From: an uncultured virus (IMG/VR IMGVR_UViG_3300005193_000001)
Lineage: Duplodnaviria > Heunggongvirae > Uroviricota > Caudoviricetes
Strand: one strand, 5' to 3'
IMG/VR virus record: IMGVR_UViG_3300005193_000001
Span: 62,001 to 126,000 of that record
DNA: 64,000 bases
The position numbers and the translations under genes are program-made. Of this stretch, positions 37,803 through 47,421 are shown in pieces. Numbering within the stretch: the stretch's first letter is position 1; each line of letters starts with the position of its first letter. The notes beneath the pieces were generated by a model. That model did not search any database, was not told the DNA's origin, and worked only from the letters and a program-made list of their open reading frames with translations.

Positions 37803-38045
37803 TTATTCGATGTTGAGGTGCTTTTCTCTTTTCCAAGGCTGACTCTCGGCCATAGCCTTGCGCATTCTGCGCTCTTCAACTTCTCTCTGCCTCCTCTTCT
37901 CTTCCGAAGGTTTGGTGTGATATTGATTCAATTTCCAGTGAAGAAGACGCTTGGACTTGCCTACCCTACGATTGAAAACCTTTAGGGCCTTGTCAACATT
38001 GTCGTTCTTGACTTCGACTCCAATTCCGTTATCATGTTTTGCCAT
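37803..38045 (-). CDS. rpsU: Phage-encoded ribosomal protein bS21
   Basis: VEVKNDNVDKALKVFNRRV...YHTKPSEEKRRQR matches the bS21 pattern (ALrrFkr...YeKPSekrr). Confidence 0.88.
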   Translation of the reverse strand: MAKHDNGIGVEVKNDNVDKALKVFNRRVGKSKRLLHWKLNQYHTKPSEEKRRQREVEERRMRKAMAESQPWKREKHLNIE

Positions 38046-38071
38046 AACTTGCTTAATGTTTTTGATTCATG

Positions 38072-38338
38072 CTATTTTCTCTTTCTCCTACTTCCTCTTA
38101 TGCGGCTCTTTGCGGCATCCGCCATGTGCTCTCCTACATTTCCTGCTGCGTAGAGTGCAAAGAGCCAGCGGACGAGCTCCACCCAAAGAGCACCGGACAA
38201 CATTCCGAAATAAAAGAAAAGCGTGGCGGCTATGAATCCAATTACAGCCACGTGAAGCTTTCTGGAGGTGAGCCTTCTTTTCAGGTCTTTCTTTATGTCC
38301 TCTTTTACTATCTTTTCTCTTTGCTCTTCGTCACCCAT
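38072..38338 (-). CDS. Holin-like small membrane protein
   Basis: LTSRKLHVAV, two TM segments, YAAGNVGEH, basic C-terminus. Confidence 0.55.
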   Translation of the reverse strand: MGDEEQREKIVKEDIKKDLKRRLTSRKLHVAVIGFIAATLFFYFGMLSGALWVELVRWLFALYAAGNVGEHMADAAKSRIRGSRRKRK

Positions 38339-38391
38339 AGCTCTTTTTATATTTCTGTAAATGGGTGTAACGGAGCCGTTTGGCTTTTTCG

Positions 38392-39015
38392 TTATCTCAT
38401 GTTCTTGTATTTTCGCTCTGTAGATCGGTCTCCAATGACGTAATCGTCGAAGACGGTCTTTAGAGTCTCTCGGCTGGGTGAATCCGGGTCTTCTCCCTTC
38501 CTGGTCGCGGTGTCTCGAATTGTGTGATTAATGAACGTGTCTTTGTCTCTAAGCTTTTTCATCTTTCTCGGGTCAAAGGCTATTCTCTCTTTTAGCACCC
38601 GCTTCACCGTCTCTCTGATCTTGGAACGGAGTTTGCTTTTCTTTGACTCCTGCAACTTTTTCTCCCCGACTCCAAAGTACCTGTCGAAGATCCTGCCAAT
38701 GTCGTCGTAGAGGGCCGTGAGCCTTTCTTGATGTTTCTGAGCCTTCTCCGCTTCCTTCTTGAACTTTCGGACTTTCTTGTTCAACTCCTTCACGTTCTTG
38801 TTGACGGTCACTTTATCGAACCCGTCAGACTTCTCGTTCAGGTATCTCGCCGCAAACTCCGCAAGGGCATCAAATTTCTTCCCAAGTTCTTTCAAATCGA
38901 CTTCTTGATATATGGCGTCACCATACTCGGTGAACTTCTCCATTTCTCGGAACAGGATCTGTTTCTGGTCCTCGGAGAGCCGATCATAATTTTCAAACCA
39001 ATTGCTGTCGCTCAT
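38392..39015 (-). CDS. Head-cluster coiled-coil protein
   Basis: FDKVTVNKNVKEL...LTALYDDIGRIFDRYF; internal KLRSKIRETVKRVLKE. Confidence 0.7.
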   Translation of the reverse strand: MSDSNWFENYDRLSEDQKQILFREMEKFTEYGDAIYQEVDLKELGKKFDALAEFAARYLNEKSDGFDKVTVNKNVKELNKKVRKFKKEAEKAQKHQERLTALYDDIGRIFDRYFGVGEKKLQESKKSKLRSKIRETVKRVLKERIAFDPRKMKKLRDKDTFINHTIRDTATRKGEDPDSPSRETLKTVFDDYVIGDRSTERKYKNMR

Positions 39016-39020
39016 GTTAC

Positions 39021-39479
39021 CTATCCTCTCATTTGAGTCAGTTTCCTTCCGTCGATCTCGTAGTCAAGCGGGTGAGAACCGGAGTCCGGCTCTTCTACGC
39101 TATAACCTTGCTCTTCCGCCCACTCGATGGCACTCATAAGGGCCTGATTAATCGTCCTGCCTTCGAAGTATTCTTCAATTTCGTAATCCTCGGCGTCGGG
39201 GGCAAGAAGCCCGATTTCGACGGAACTAAGACCCGTTCTTCTGGACTTCTCGAAGACCACCTCTCTTGCACTCGCCACGAGCTTCTGCCGGATAAGGGGC
39301 CTGTCTCCTTCCGAGTATTCGTACAAGTCCCATGCCATACGTTCGAGATTGTCAACCTCTCGCCCGTACTTTTCTTTAATAATCGGCTCCGCTTCCTCCA
39401 TGCCGGGGGGCATGAAAGTCTCGAAGAGCCGGGTCAGAACGTCCTCTACAAACTCTTGCTTCTGCATTTTATTCAACAT
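39021..39479 (-). CDS. Hypothetical protein
   Basis: Acidic ORF in the late operon. Confidence 0.6.
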   Translation of the reverse strand: MLNKMQKQEFVEDVLTRLFETFMPPGMEEAEPIIKEKYGREVDNLERMAWDLYEYSEGDRPLIRQKLVASAREVVFEKSRRTGLSSVEIGLLAPDAEDYEIEEYFEGRTINQALMSAIEWAEEQGYSVEEPDSGSHPLDYEIDGRKLTQMRG

Positions 39480-40518
39480 CTGGGTCTTGAACGTTCAACT
39501 TCTTCGCCACGCCCTCAATATCGGGGTCACTGACGTTATCGTAATATCTGGCCACCGATTTTCGGAGAACCTCGGCCTCCTCGGAAGTAACCCCGAGTTC
39601 GAGACCATCTTCGGATTCTCCAAGCTCGTCCGCCAACTTGTCGATCATAGAGTCCTCGATATTTGGCGTTTCTTCCTTCATCTGGTACTGCCTCAGTGCT
39701 TTCTTGACCGCGCTGGCTTCGTGATTGTTAAGGTCAAGATTTTCCGCATTTTCTCTTAGGGCAAGTTCCCTTGAAAGCTCCTCGTGAATTATCTTGTTAA
39801 GGAAGGTGGCCACATCGTCTTCAAGATCTCTGTCCGTTGTAAGGCCATGGTCTGTATCAATATCTGTCGCAATATCTCGGGCCTTTTCTCTCTTTTCCTC
39901 GTCTTCTATTTGACTTAGATCAATGTCTCCACGACTAGCGGCCACAGCCAAGTGAATCGGGTCCGTCTCTGCGCTCTCGGTCAAAATCTCGTCTTCTGCA
40001 AGGTCTGCAGCGACGTTGGCGGTATAGTCTTCGTCGTCGATGGGGATCTCTCCGAGTGCCCTCATGTACTCTGGCCGGATTTTCTGGATAACGCCATAAG
40101 GATCGGTTATCATGTTTTCCGCCGTTTCCTCCGTAACGGCCACTTTTCCGGAACCCGGAATCGACATGTCCATCCAGCGGTAGTCCTTCGAGTATCCTCT
40201 TGCTGCTTTAAGACCAAACTGGACTACGGGAGAAAAGTCAACCTGCTCGTAAGCTTCTGCGCCGTCTTTCGGCATCATGACCAGCACGTTGATTGTGGGG
40301 TTATAACAGACTTTGTTGTACCCGTTGTCGTGGTGAACGGTTCGGTAAGTGACGTTATAAACGTCCGTTAGGTCCAGCCACCTTTCTTCTCCCGAAGCCT
40401 GTCCGGAAGCATACTCTGCGGTGTGAGAGAATGGAGACCGGATAGGCGTGGTACGGTTAGAGGACGAAACTTTCATGTAGTCCTCCAAAAGTGTTTGAAG
40501 TTCGTCCTGTACGCTCAT
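39469..40518 (-). CDS. Hypothetical acidic protein with C-terminal repeat
   Basis: EASAVKKALRQY / EAEVLRKSVARY duplication. Confidence 0.65.
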   Translation of the reverse strand: MSVQDELQTLLEDYMKVSSSNRTTPIRSPFSHTAEYASGQASGEERWLDLTDVYNVTYRTVHHDNGYNKVCYNPTINVLVMMPKDGAEAYEQVDFSPVVQFGLKAARGYSKDYRWMDMSIPGSGKVAVTEETAENMITDPYGVIQKIRPEYMRALGEIPIDDEDYTANVAADLAEDEILTESAETDPIHLAVAASRGDIDLSQIEDEEKREKARDIATDIDTDHGLTTDRDLEDDVATFLNKIIHEELSRELALRENAENLDLNNHEASAVKKALRQYQMKEETPNIEDSMIDKLADELGESEDGLELGVTSEEAEVLRKSVARYYDNVSDPDIEGVAKKLNVQDPDVE

Positions 40519-40539
40519 AGAAATTCCAGTTAGTTATAT

Positions 40540-41241
40540 TTAAGATGTAGCTCCGATTTCGTCGTCAACGTTAATGTCACATTGTCCTCGGAAATCGCAA
40601 TTCATTTCTTGAATGATCTCCGACACCCTGTTTTCGACCGGAGCCCAAACGTCCTGCCTCTTTTTCGCTTTCTTCGCTTCTTTGATAAGGCGTGGATCGG
40701 AACTTTCGTTAATGCCTTCGGGCTCCATGAACGCTCCGTGGGTCGAAGGGTTGCTGACGAAATCGAAGGCGATGAGCTCGAAGTCGTCGTCGACGATCAA
40801 CGTTCCATCGGCGCTTTCTTTCACGCTTCCGAGTCCTCGGGAACTGATTCCTACATTAACGTTGTTACGAAAAAGGTCTTGTAGAATATTTCCCGCAGGA
40901 GTAGAAAGAATCTGGACTTCACCGACGAGGTCGTTTCCCTGCCACTCCACCGAAAGCACGTTGTGGCTTACGTTCTGGAGATTGACAACACTGTCGTCCG
41001 GGTGGTCGAGCTCCCCCAAAGCACGTCTCTGCTTCACGTTGTCACGCCTGTAGCGCTCAACTTCTTCTTTCAGCACGTCTTTGGGGTATATCCTCCCGTT
41101 TTGATTTTTGGCTTCTGCACGCTGGAGGACGCCTTGAACCACCATGGGTTCGTTGTTTTCTGCAGCCTCGTCGAGCCTCTGTTTTTGAGGATCGAATGGC
41201 ATCCAATCAATAAGAAGCTCTTTACCGTCTTCTTGACTCAT
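40540..41241 (-). CDS. Prohead core protease (T4 gp21-like)
   Basis: GVLQRAEAKNQNGRIYP, ALGELDHP, VSH, TPAG, VGISSRGLGS, FDFVSNPSTHGA. Confidence 0.95.
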   Translation of the reverse strand: MSQEDGKELLIDWMPFDPQKQRLDEAAENNEPMVVQGVLQRAEAKNQNGRIYPKDVLKEEVERYRRDNVKQRRALGELDHPDDSVVNLQNVSHNVLSVEWQGNDLVGEVQILSTPAGNILQDLFRNNVNVGISSRGLGSVKESADGTLIVDDDFELIAFDFVSNPSTHGAFMEPEGINESSDPRLIKEAKKAKKRQDVWAPVENRVSEIIQEMNCDFRGQCDINVDDEIGATS

Positions 41242-41246
41242 ATCTG

Positions 41247-41501
41247 TTACTGTTCTTTAGATTCAATGACTTCGAGGTGTCGAGGCTCGAAAAATTGACC
41301 ATCTTCCTGGCCTTCAAGAGAAACCCAATATCTGTTTTCGATCTTTTCGTCGATCTTTCCTTTCCTGTTCGCCCCCACGATTTTCACCGAGTCTCCGACG
41401 TCGAGTTCGTCGTCTTCCGTGGTCTGTTCCAGAAGTTCTTGAGCTACCTCAGGAACGACCTCTCTTATCATTTGTTCAAGTTCTTCCTCGGTTATCTGCA
41501 T
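41247..41501 (-). CDS. Small protein, MQITEEELEQMIRE leader plus SH3/KOW-like domain
   Basis: LDVGDSVKI...GKI...YWVSL. Confidence 0.6.
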   Translation of the reverse strand: MQITEEELEQMIREVVPEVAQELLEQTTEDDELDVGDSVKIVGANRKGKIDEKIENRYWVSLEGQEDGQFFEPRHLEVIESKEQ

Positions 41502-41502
41502 A

Positions 41503-41691
41503 TTAGGCCCAAAAGTTTCTTTTTCTGTAGAACTCGTGAAAAACGCGAGCAAGCTCCGCTCTGATGATTTCAACTACCTGTTCATACTCTTTATCCGTCA
41601 ACTCTTCTTTCAGAGACTGACGGTCATCTTGGAGCATTCTCTCGGCCTCCTCCTTAATGAGACCTTTAAGTTCCGATTCTGTTATCTTCAT
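41503..41691 (-). CDS. Small protein (MKITESELKGLIKEE)
   Basis: IIRAELARVFHEFYRKRNFW. Confidence 0.65.
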   Translation of the reverse strand: MKITESELKGLIKEEAERMLQDDRQSLKEELTDKEYEQVVEIIRAELARVFHEFYRKRNFWA

Positions 41692-42428
41692 TAATCGAGG
41701 TATTGAAAAACGTCGTTAATTTCTCTCGCGTGTACCGCAAGTTTGCCCATGATCCAGTCCGGAAGCTCGTCGTTCTCATCGATAAGACGAGCAAGCATTC
41801 TGGAAAACTTGTTAATGGTCTGGAGTCGTTTAAGGGCAGTCTTACCGTCGTTGTCCTCGTGTCCTAATTCTTCTCGGATTTGGGACCGGACGGTTCTGCG
41901 GAGTTTCTTTTCCTCGTTTTCATCAAGAATATCTGAAACACTCATATCTTTTCTCCAAAATAAGCAAGACCAGAAGGTGGCCTCGTGTTTATCGCTTTGA
42001 TCATAATCGTCGCAACTAAATCGTGACCTGAAGTTTTCTAGGTTCGATTCTTGATCCCGCTTGATCTCCATCGAGTCGGAACCGAACTTCAATTTGTTCA
42101 CGTTCCCGGTGTCCGGGTTTCTGACGTAAACGGCAAACTTCTTTTCGTCGTCGTCAATTCTGAATGGATCGTAAAGTACAACATCTTCACCCTCGTATTC
42201 GGCTTGCTCTTGATCCGGAAGCTTGGGGGTGTCGTACTCGTTGTCTTCGTTTAGGGGGTAATAATTGCTTTTCTTTCTATAATCTTCAACTCCACTGCCT
42301 CTCATGGATCTAATCTTGTCAAAGTACCGACGAAGCTTTTCTGACTCTTCATCGTCGAGTTCAGTATCCGGGTCTTCACTGATTCCTCCTAACCTTCTTA
42401 GAATCTTTAGCCTATCAAATCCTTCCAT
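41691..42428 (-). CDS. Multi-module phage protein of unknown function
   Basis: KKFAVYVRNPDTGNVNKLKFG...FRSRFSC...FWSC and C-terminal LPDWIMGKL. Confidence 0.7.
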   Translation of the reverse strand: MEGFDRLKILRRLGGISEDPDTELDDEESEKLRRYFDKIRSMRGSGVEDYRKKSNYYPLNEDNEYDTPKLPDQEQAEYEGEDVVLYDPFRIDDDEKKFAVYVRNPDTGNVNKLKFGSDSMEIKRDQESNLENFRSRFSCDDYDQSDKHEATFWSCLFWRKDMSVSDILDENEEKKLRRTVRSQIREELGHEDNDGKTALKRLQTINKFSRMLARLIDENDELPDWIMGKLAVHAREINDVFQYLD

Positions 42429-42640
42429 TATTCATTCGCCAACATTTCTAGAATTTCGGCCAACTCGTAACCGTAAGTGTCGAGAAAGTCTTCTATGTCG
42501 TCCTTTCTTTTCTCATCGTCCTTATCGGAAAATGCGAACGGTGTCTGATAACCGGGCACATTGGCAGTGGTGGTTGCCTCGTCGAGTTCAGATTTTATAA
42601 ACTGCCTTACTACTTTACGAAGCTCTTCTTTGTTGTTCAT
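42428..42640 (-). CDS. Small head-cluster protein
   Basis: Likely start MNNKEE; EATTTANVPGYQTPFAF. Confidence 0.65.
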   Translation of the reverse strand: MNNKEELRKVVRQFIKSELDEATTTANVPGYQTPFAFSDKDDEKRKDDIEDFLDTYGYELAEILEMLANE

Positions 42641-43535
42641 CGCTGTCTTTTTGCTTTTCGAGTGCGTTTTCAATGTCTTCTCGAAGTTGGTAGTACATCA
42701 TGAGGTTACTGACTTCGTTGTCTTTAACAATGCCTTTGTTGCCTCCGATCTCGTCAAGAAGCTTTAGGGCTTCGTTGACCTTGATCTGCACCACCTTCTC
42801 GTCAACCTCACCAATAAGATTCTTAATGTCTTCTTCGACCTTCTCCGCCTTTTCGTTGACGAATTCTCTGAGATCGTTAGTATTTGAGACGTTGTTAATG
42901 TATTTCCGAAGAAGCTGGCGTTGTTCGGGAAGGAGTGTTCCGTACTTTTCGTTGAACTTCTCGATCATGACTTTCTGAGTCAAGAGGCGAAGATCGGAGC
43001 TTTGCTCCTGCAGCCTCTCCTTGACCTGCTTCTCGATTTCGTCTTCTCTGTCACCAGCGGACTTCCCGGTAACGTGCTCAACGATTGTGTACTTGGAGCG
43101 AACGACGTCGGAAGGATCATACTCCACTTCTTCGTCTTCTGTCATGGCCTTGAAGACTTTGTAGACGCTGGCGAGTTCTCTGTAATTGTCAACTCTACTC
43201 TTAAAGAACTCTTTCAGGGGATAATGCTTCTTGATATCCCCAATGACGTCGTACTTTTGTTCGTGGAGCTTGTCGAAGTCCAGCCTCTTTCTGGTCTCCA
43301 CCACCTCTTCGATGAAATCCTTAGCTTTATCTTCGTCAGGAAACGTCTCCTCCATCAAAACCCGATAAAGGTTGAGCTCCTTCGAAAGCTCGTTATCACC
43401 GTCAAAGTGCTCTTTGACGATATCGATGGCCGGAGACTCGTCTCGCTCATTTAACACATCAGCAGTAATCTGACGTGTCAACATTTCGAAGATGAGGCCA
43501 GTATTCCTGTATTTCTTATGTTTAATCTTCTTCAT
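42615..43535 (-). CDS. Protein immediately downstream of portal
   Basis: MKKIKHKKYRNTGLIFEMLTRQIT, LSKELNLY, FNEKY..L..EQRQLL. Confidence 0.75.
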   Translation of the reverse strand: MKKIKHKKYRNTGLIFEMLTRQITADVLNERDESPAIDIVKEHFDGDNELSKELNLYRVLMEETFPDEDKAKDFIEEVVETRKRLDFDKLHEQKYDVIGDIKKHYPLKEFFKSRVDNYRELASVYKVFKAMTEDEEVEYDPSDVVRSKYTIVEHVTGKSAGDREDEIEKQVKERLQEQSSDLRLLTQKVMIEKFNEKYGTLLPEQRQLLRKYINNVSNTNDLREFVNEKAEKVEEDIKNLIGEVDEKVVQIKVNEALKLLDEIGGNKGIVKDNEVSNLMMYYQLREDIENALEKQKDSDEQQRRAS

Positions 43536-43560
43536 AATGCGTTGTGAGGTTCGGTCTTTT

Positions 43561-45462
43561 TTATATATCGTCCAGTGGATTCTCGTGGCCTAGAACTTCT
43601 TCTTCCTGCATCCAATCAATGTCTTCCAGCATGTCATCAACCTCTTCTTCGGTCAACGACTCTCTGTTGAACTCTTCTCGTTCTCTTTCGTAAGTCTCGC
43701 TGATAAGCCGTCTGTGTTTTTCCATACCCTCAGCGGAAAGTGGACCAGTTCCTTGGTATTCGTGGTCCACGTCTCCCGGAGTAGTCCTCATGTCGTCGCT
43801 TGATGGCATTTCGTGAGAACTGCCAGGATCAAGAGGGTTATATTCAGGGTCTTCTTCTTTTGGAACGTCTTCGTTCTCTTCACCCTCAAGATCAAAGCCC
43901 TCGACTTCACTCTTTCCACTCATAGCTAAGTCGCCGGGAGTTCCAAAGCTTTGTCCCGTCTTTATTGGATCGTTACCTTCACGGGTAAGCTGGTCTTTTC
44001 TGAACTCTCTCTTCCAATCGTCGACTTTAAGTCTTCTTTCTCTCTCGATCTCTTCTTCCGTCATGTTGAAGACGTTCTTCATAATCCAATCCGTAGAGTG
44101 GAGATTTCTGTCTTCAATGTCACGGGCGAGCTTGTACTTTTGTTCGAGTATATTAATTCTCTGTTCCTCAACGAAATGAGAAGGATGTGTTAGCCCGAGT
44201 TTAAAGTCAACGAGTCTTTCGTCTCGAATTCCCTGAGAAAAGAGGTGGATGATACCAATCTTCGTTAGCTCAGAAGTCATGACCTTCTGAATCTGCTCCA
44301 CCATATTTGCGAACTTAATCGACTCCTGAGCAAGTGTCGCTTTCCCTTCGATATCTCTTTCGTATCCGAGAAAAGCGTTGGGAACTCGGAGACCGGACAT
44401 GAGCTTTTGTCTCAGATATTCAATGTCATTAATCCCGTCCCAATTGAGTCCTCCAAGAGTGTTAATCTCGGTAGCGTCGTCTCGACCCCTCACTGGCATG
44501 TAGTAGTCGTCCATCATGTTCATGAGGTTAAAGTCGAGGTCGTATTCCCCGGTGTCCGGGTCCACGAGAGGCTGGGACTTCAGCTCTTCAATGGTTCTAT
44601 TGATATAAGGCTCTACGGCTTTGGGCTCTATGTTACCAACGTCGATCTTGAATACCCTTCTTTCGGGCGCACGCATGAGCCTGTGTATAAGCATAGCGTC
44701 TTCCATCATCGTAAGACGACGCCAAGTTTGCCTTCCACCTTCGAGAACGGAACGTCCATATGGAGCGTATTGCGTGTCTCTAAGGCTGAAGTGAGCGAGT
44801 TCCCAATAGCCGAACTCTTCTTCTCCACCGGGGCCATCGTATTGAAAAGTGACTTCGTATGGATCGGAAGGATCGTTTCCTTCTACTCTAGTAACATGAT
44901 ACGGAGACAGAGGTTGAACGTTGATAACCCCGTAGCTTTGCTTGTTAGAGTAGTCAATATCGACTTTGAGATAGGTGTCTCCGTATTTGACCATTTCTCT
45001 AACCCAAGACCTGAGGTTGTGCTCGATATTGAGAATATCGTTGTACAGGTTCTTGAGGATACGCTCCACGCTTGCATGTGGGGATTTGATAGTGACCACG
45101 TCTCCGTGCTCGTCCTTTCTAACGGACTCGTCGGCATAGAAATCAAGAGCCGAAGAAACGATGGGGTCTTGATCCATGAGTTCATAATCGTGGTACCTGT
45201 GGAATCTCGGATAGTCGTCCGGATACGGACTACCGCCTCCGATACCGCCCCCAAAGCCTTGGGTTTGGCTCCCTCCTCTTGCATTGTATCCGGCGCTTCC
45301 ACCACCTGCGCCACCGAAGCCACCTCCATTTGAGTAGTCTCTGGATATGTCTTGTATATTGGAGGTATCTACGATTTTGATCTCGTCTCCCCCAACGTTT
45401 CTTACAACAACGTTAGAAGAGAAAAGGCGAGATAGAGCATCACGCAGTCCCGAATCGGCCAT
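43561..45462 (-). CDS. Portal protein (T4 gp20-like)
   Basis: YELMDQDPIVSSALD, PYGRSVLE, MMEDAMLIHRLMRAPERRVFKIDVGN, DDYYMPVRG, DIEYLRQKLMSGLRVP. Confidence 0.96.
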   Translation of the reverse strand: MADSGLRDALSRLFSSNVVVRNVGGDEIKIVDTSNIQDISRDYSNGGGFGGAGGGSAGYNARGGSQTQGFGGGIGGGSPYPDDYPRFHRYHDYELMDQDPIVSSALDFYADESVRKDEHGDVVTIKSPHASVERILKNLYNDILNIEHNLRSWVREMVKYGDTYLKVDIDYSNKQSYGVINVQPLSPYHVTRVEGNDPSDPYEVTFQYDGPGGEEEFGYWELAHFSLRDTQYAPYGRSVLEGGRQTWRRLTMMEDAMLIHRLMRAPERRVFKIDVGNIEPKAVEPYINRTIEELKSQPLVDPDTGEYDLDFNLMNMMDDYYMPVRGRDDATEINTLGGLNWDGINDIEYLRQKLMSGLRVPNAFLGYERDIEGKATLAQESIKFANMVEQIQKVMTSELTKIGIIHLFSQGIRDERLVDFKLGLTHPSHFVEEQRINILEQKYKLARDIEDRNLHSTDWIMKNVFNMTEEEIERERRLKVDDWKREFRKDQLTREGNDPIKTGQSFGTPGDLAMSGKSEVEGFDLEGEENEDVPKEEDPEYNPLDPGSSHEMPSSDDMRTTPGDVDHEYQGTGPLSAEGMEKHRRLISETYEREREEFNRESLTEEEVDDMLEDIDWMQEEEVLGHENPLDDI

Positions 45463-45511
45463 AATAGACGAAGAAAGATTATTCTTTTAATTTAAATAGA
45501 TCGCTTTGAGT

Positions 45512-47074
45512 TTATTTGATAGGGTTCTCGACGTCGTCGCCCCAAATTATGTTGTTGAATTCATCGTCGAGGGAGTATTGAGGCTCAGCAGGGGCGTTGT
45601 CTGCAAAAGAGTTGCCGAACACCTTGATTTGATTAGGCCAGTTGCTTCCCACTGAACCAGATATAGAAGGTGAAGAGTTCCCGTTTCCGCATATGAGCCA
45701 AGAGTCGTGAAGAACCGGGTCTATTTCATTAAAGTCGCCAACGAGCCTTATTGGTGAAGACTGTCCGGTGTTAGAAACGTCAACTACGGAGTCCTTAACG
45801 AAAAGTTTGGTAGAACCTGTACCGTCTCCGGAGAGAACGATCCCTTTAACACTTCCACGACTCTCGGTGTTTCGAAGAACAAGCAGACTTGGAGAAGCTT
45901 CAGTCTCGAAATCGAGAAGATAGGGAACCTCGGTGAAGGAATTTCTTATTACTACGTCTTCGACTTCAAAATCAAGTCTCCCCTTGAACGTTTCCACTCT
46001 ATCGCTCGTATTAGCTCCGTAGGCGAAGCTAGCACCGAATCCGTCATATATTATGGAGTTGATATCGGCTTTAACTTCTCCACCACTTATGTTCAATGCT
46101 CCTCCACCGTTAAAGACGAAGGCACCCGGAGAATCGATAGGTATGGAACCCGTGCTTTCAAGGCCGTCTTCCACTACAATTTCGTCAAAGTCAAAGTCCA
46201 GTCTACTTCCGCCTGACGCTTTGACCAGTCCATCGGCGTCTCCAGACATAACAAGACGTTTGCCCTCGACCGAGACTCTGGAACCTGCGGCATTAACTGC
46301 CAGAAAAGAATAAAGGTTCCAGCTGTCCCAATCAAGATCTTCAGCTCCAGAAGGTGGGGCTATTCCCGTAGGCTGTGGCTCTGGGGGCTCAACTCTTATC
46401 TCCGCATTCCCAAGAATTTCCATGTTTTTTGCACCGCCACTAAAGTTCTCTCCTGAAACGTCCTTGTTATCGTCGAAAAGAGCGTGTGGATAAATGGAAC
46501 CTCCGTCGAAGTTCTTGTTATACGTAACGGTGGTTCCATCGAGAAAGTTCCAAGTCACTCCGTCCACGTACAAGTTCTTCTTCGGGAAGTATTCTCCCGG
46601 AAACACTACCACGGTATCTCCTGGGTCTACCTGTTCTACGGCCTCATCAAGGGTATCAAAGCCGAAGAACGGAACTTCCTGTCCAGAAAGAGCGGTAACG
46701 TCTCGTGGATAAATGCGAACCCTCGGAGCTTGTCTTTCAACTTCCGTGGCATAAAGGTTCGATATTTCCAAATCAGCTATATTTTCTATTTCGCCTTCGA
46801 TATAGCTGTACCTGTTCGTAATGTCGTCAACATTGTCGTACCCGACCAAAGCTCCGGGAAGAATCGTGACCGTAACGTCAGTGGGTATTGTAATCGGCCC
46901 ATCGCTGGAAAGCGTTGGCTGAAAGTCACCGGGGTACAAAACAACATGATCTCCGCTTTCCAAGCTGGGTGGACTGATTGCGGGATCGAACAGGTCAACA
47001 ATGTCTGAAGGTTGCTCAAGTATGCGGACGGACTGTCCGATTCGAGCTACAGAAATCTGTCCAGTTACTCCCAT
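45512..47074 (-). CDS. Beta-helix-like protein (tail spike/fibre candidate)
   Basis: Duplicated GDxVV(L/V)xPG(D/E)(F/Y) motif typical of pectate-lyase-like N-caps; beta-rich body. Confidence 0.55.
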   Translation of the reverse strand: MGVTGQISVARIGQSVRILEQPSDIVDLFDPAISPPSLESGDHVVLYPGDFQPTLSSDGPITIPTDVTVTILPGALVGYDNVDDITNRYSYIEGEIENIADLEISNLYATEVERQAPRVRIYPRDVTALSGQEVPFFGFDTLDEAVEQVDPGDTVVVFPGEYFPKKNLYVDGVTWNFLDGTTVTYNKNFDGGSIYPHALFDDNKDVSGENFSGGAKNMEILGNAEIRVEPPEPQPTGIAPPSGAEDLDWDSWNLYSFLAVNAAGSRVSVEGKRLVMSGDADGLVKASGGSRLDFDFDEIVVEDGLESTGSIPIDSPGAFVFNGGGALNISGGEVKADINSIIYDGFGASFAYGANTSDRVETFKGRLDFEVEDVVIRNSFTEVPYLLDFETEASPSLLVLRNTESRGSVKGIVLSGDGTGSTKLFVKDSVVDVSNTGQSSPIRLVGDFNEIDPVLHDSWLICGNGNSSPSISGSVGSNWPNQIKVFGNSFADNAPAEPQYSLDDEFNNIIWGDDVENPIK

Positions 47075-47099
47075 ATCCTATTGATTTGAGTATTTGAAA

Positions 47100-47145
47100 G
47101 CGAAAGGGAAGGGACCACCCCGGTCAGAGGTCCCGGCCCATTCGC
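47100..47145 (-). terminator. Bulged GC-rich hairpin (terminator or leader structure)
   Basis: GCGAA.GGG..GGGACC / GGTCCC..CCC.TTCGC inverted repeat followed by TTTC on the minus strand. Confidence 0.45.
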
Positions 47146-47151
47146 TGGATG

Positions 47152-47403
47152 TTACAGTAGACTTTTCATTTCTTCTTTGACAATCGGGTACAAAACCTCT
47201 TCTTTGAATTGCTCTCGCATCTTCTCCCTCCTTTCTTCTTCTTGTACTTTTTCGCGAAGGTTCCTATACGCGTCTTCGAATTCGTCACAGAGCTGTTGAA
47301 GTTCGGGGTCGTTATCGTATTCTTCTCGGACCCTACTGCTGAAGTATATGCCGTGTTCGTGCCAAACGCAGTGTAGGGATTCGTGAAGATCTTTGTGTTT
47401 CAT
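47152..47403 (-). CDS. Hypothetical protein
   Basis: 83 aa ORF after the terminase. Confidence 0.6.
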   Translation of the reverse strand: MKHKDLHESLHCVWHEHGIYFSSRVREEYDNDPELQQLCDEFEDAYRNLREKVQEEERREKMREQFKEEVLYPIVKEEMKSLL

Positions 47404-47421
47404 AAGATTTGGCTTTTGGTT

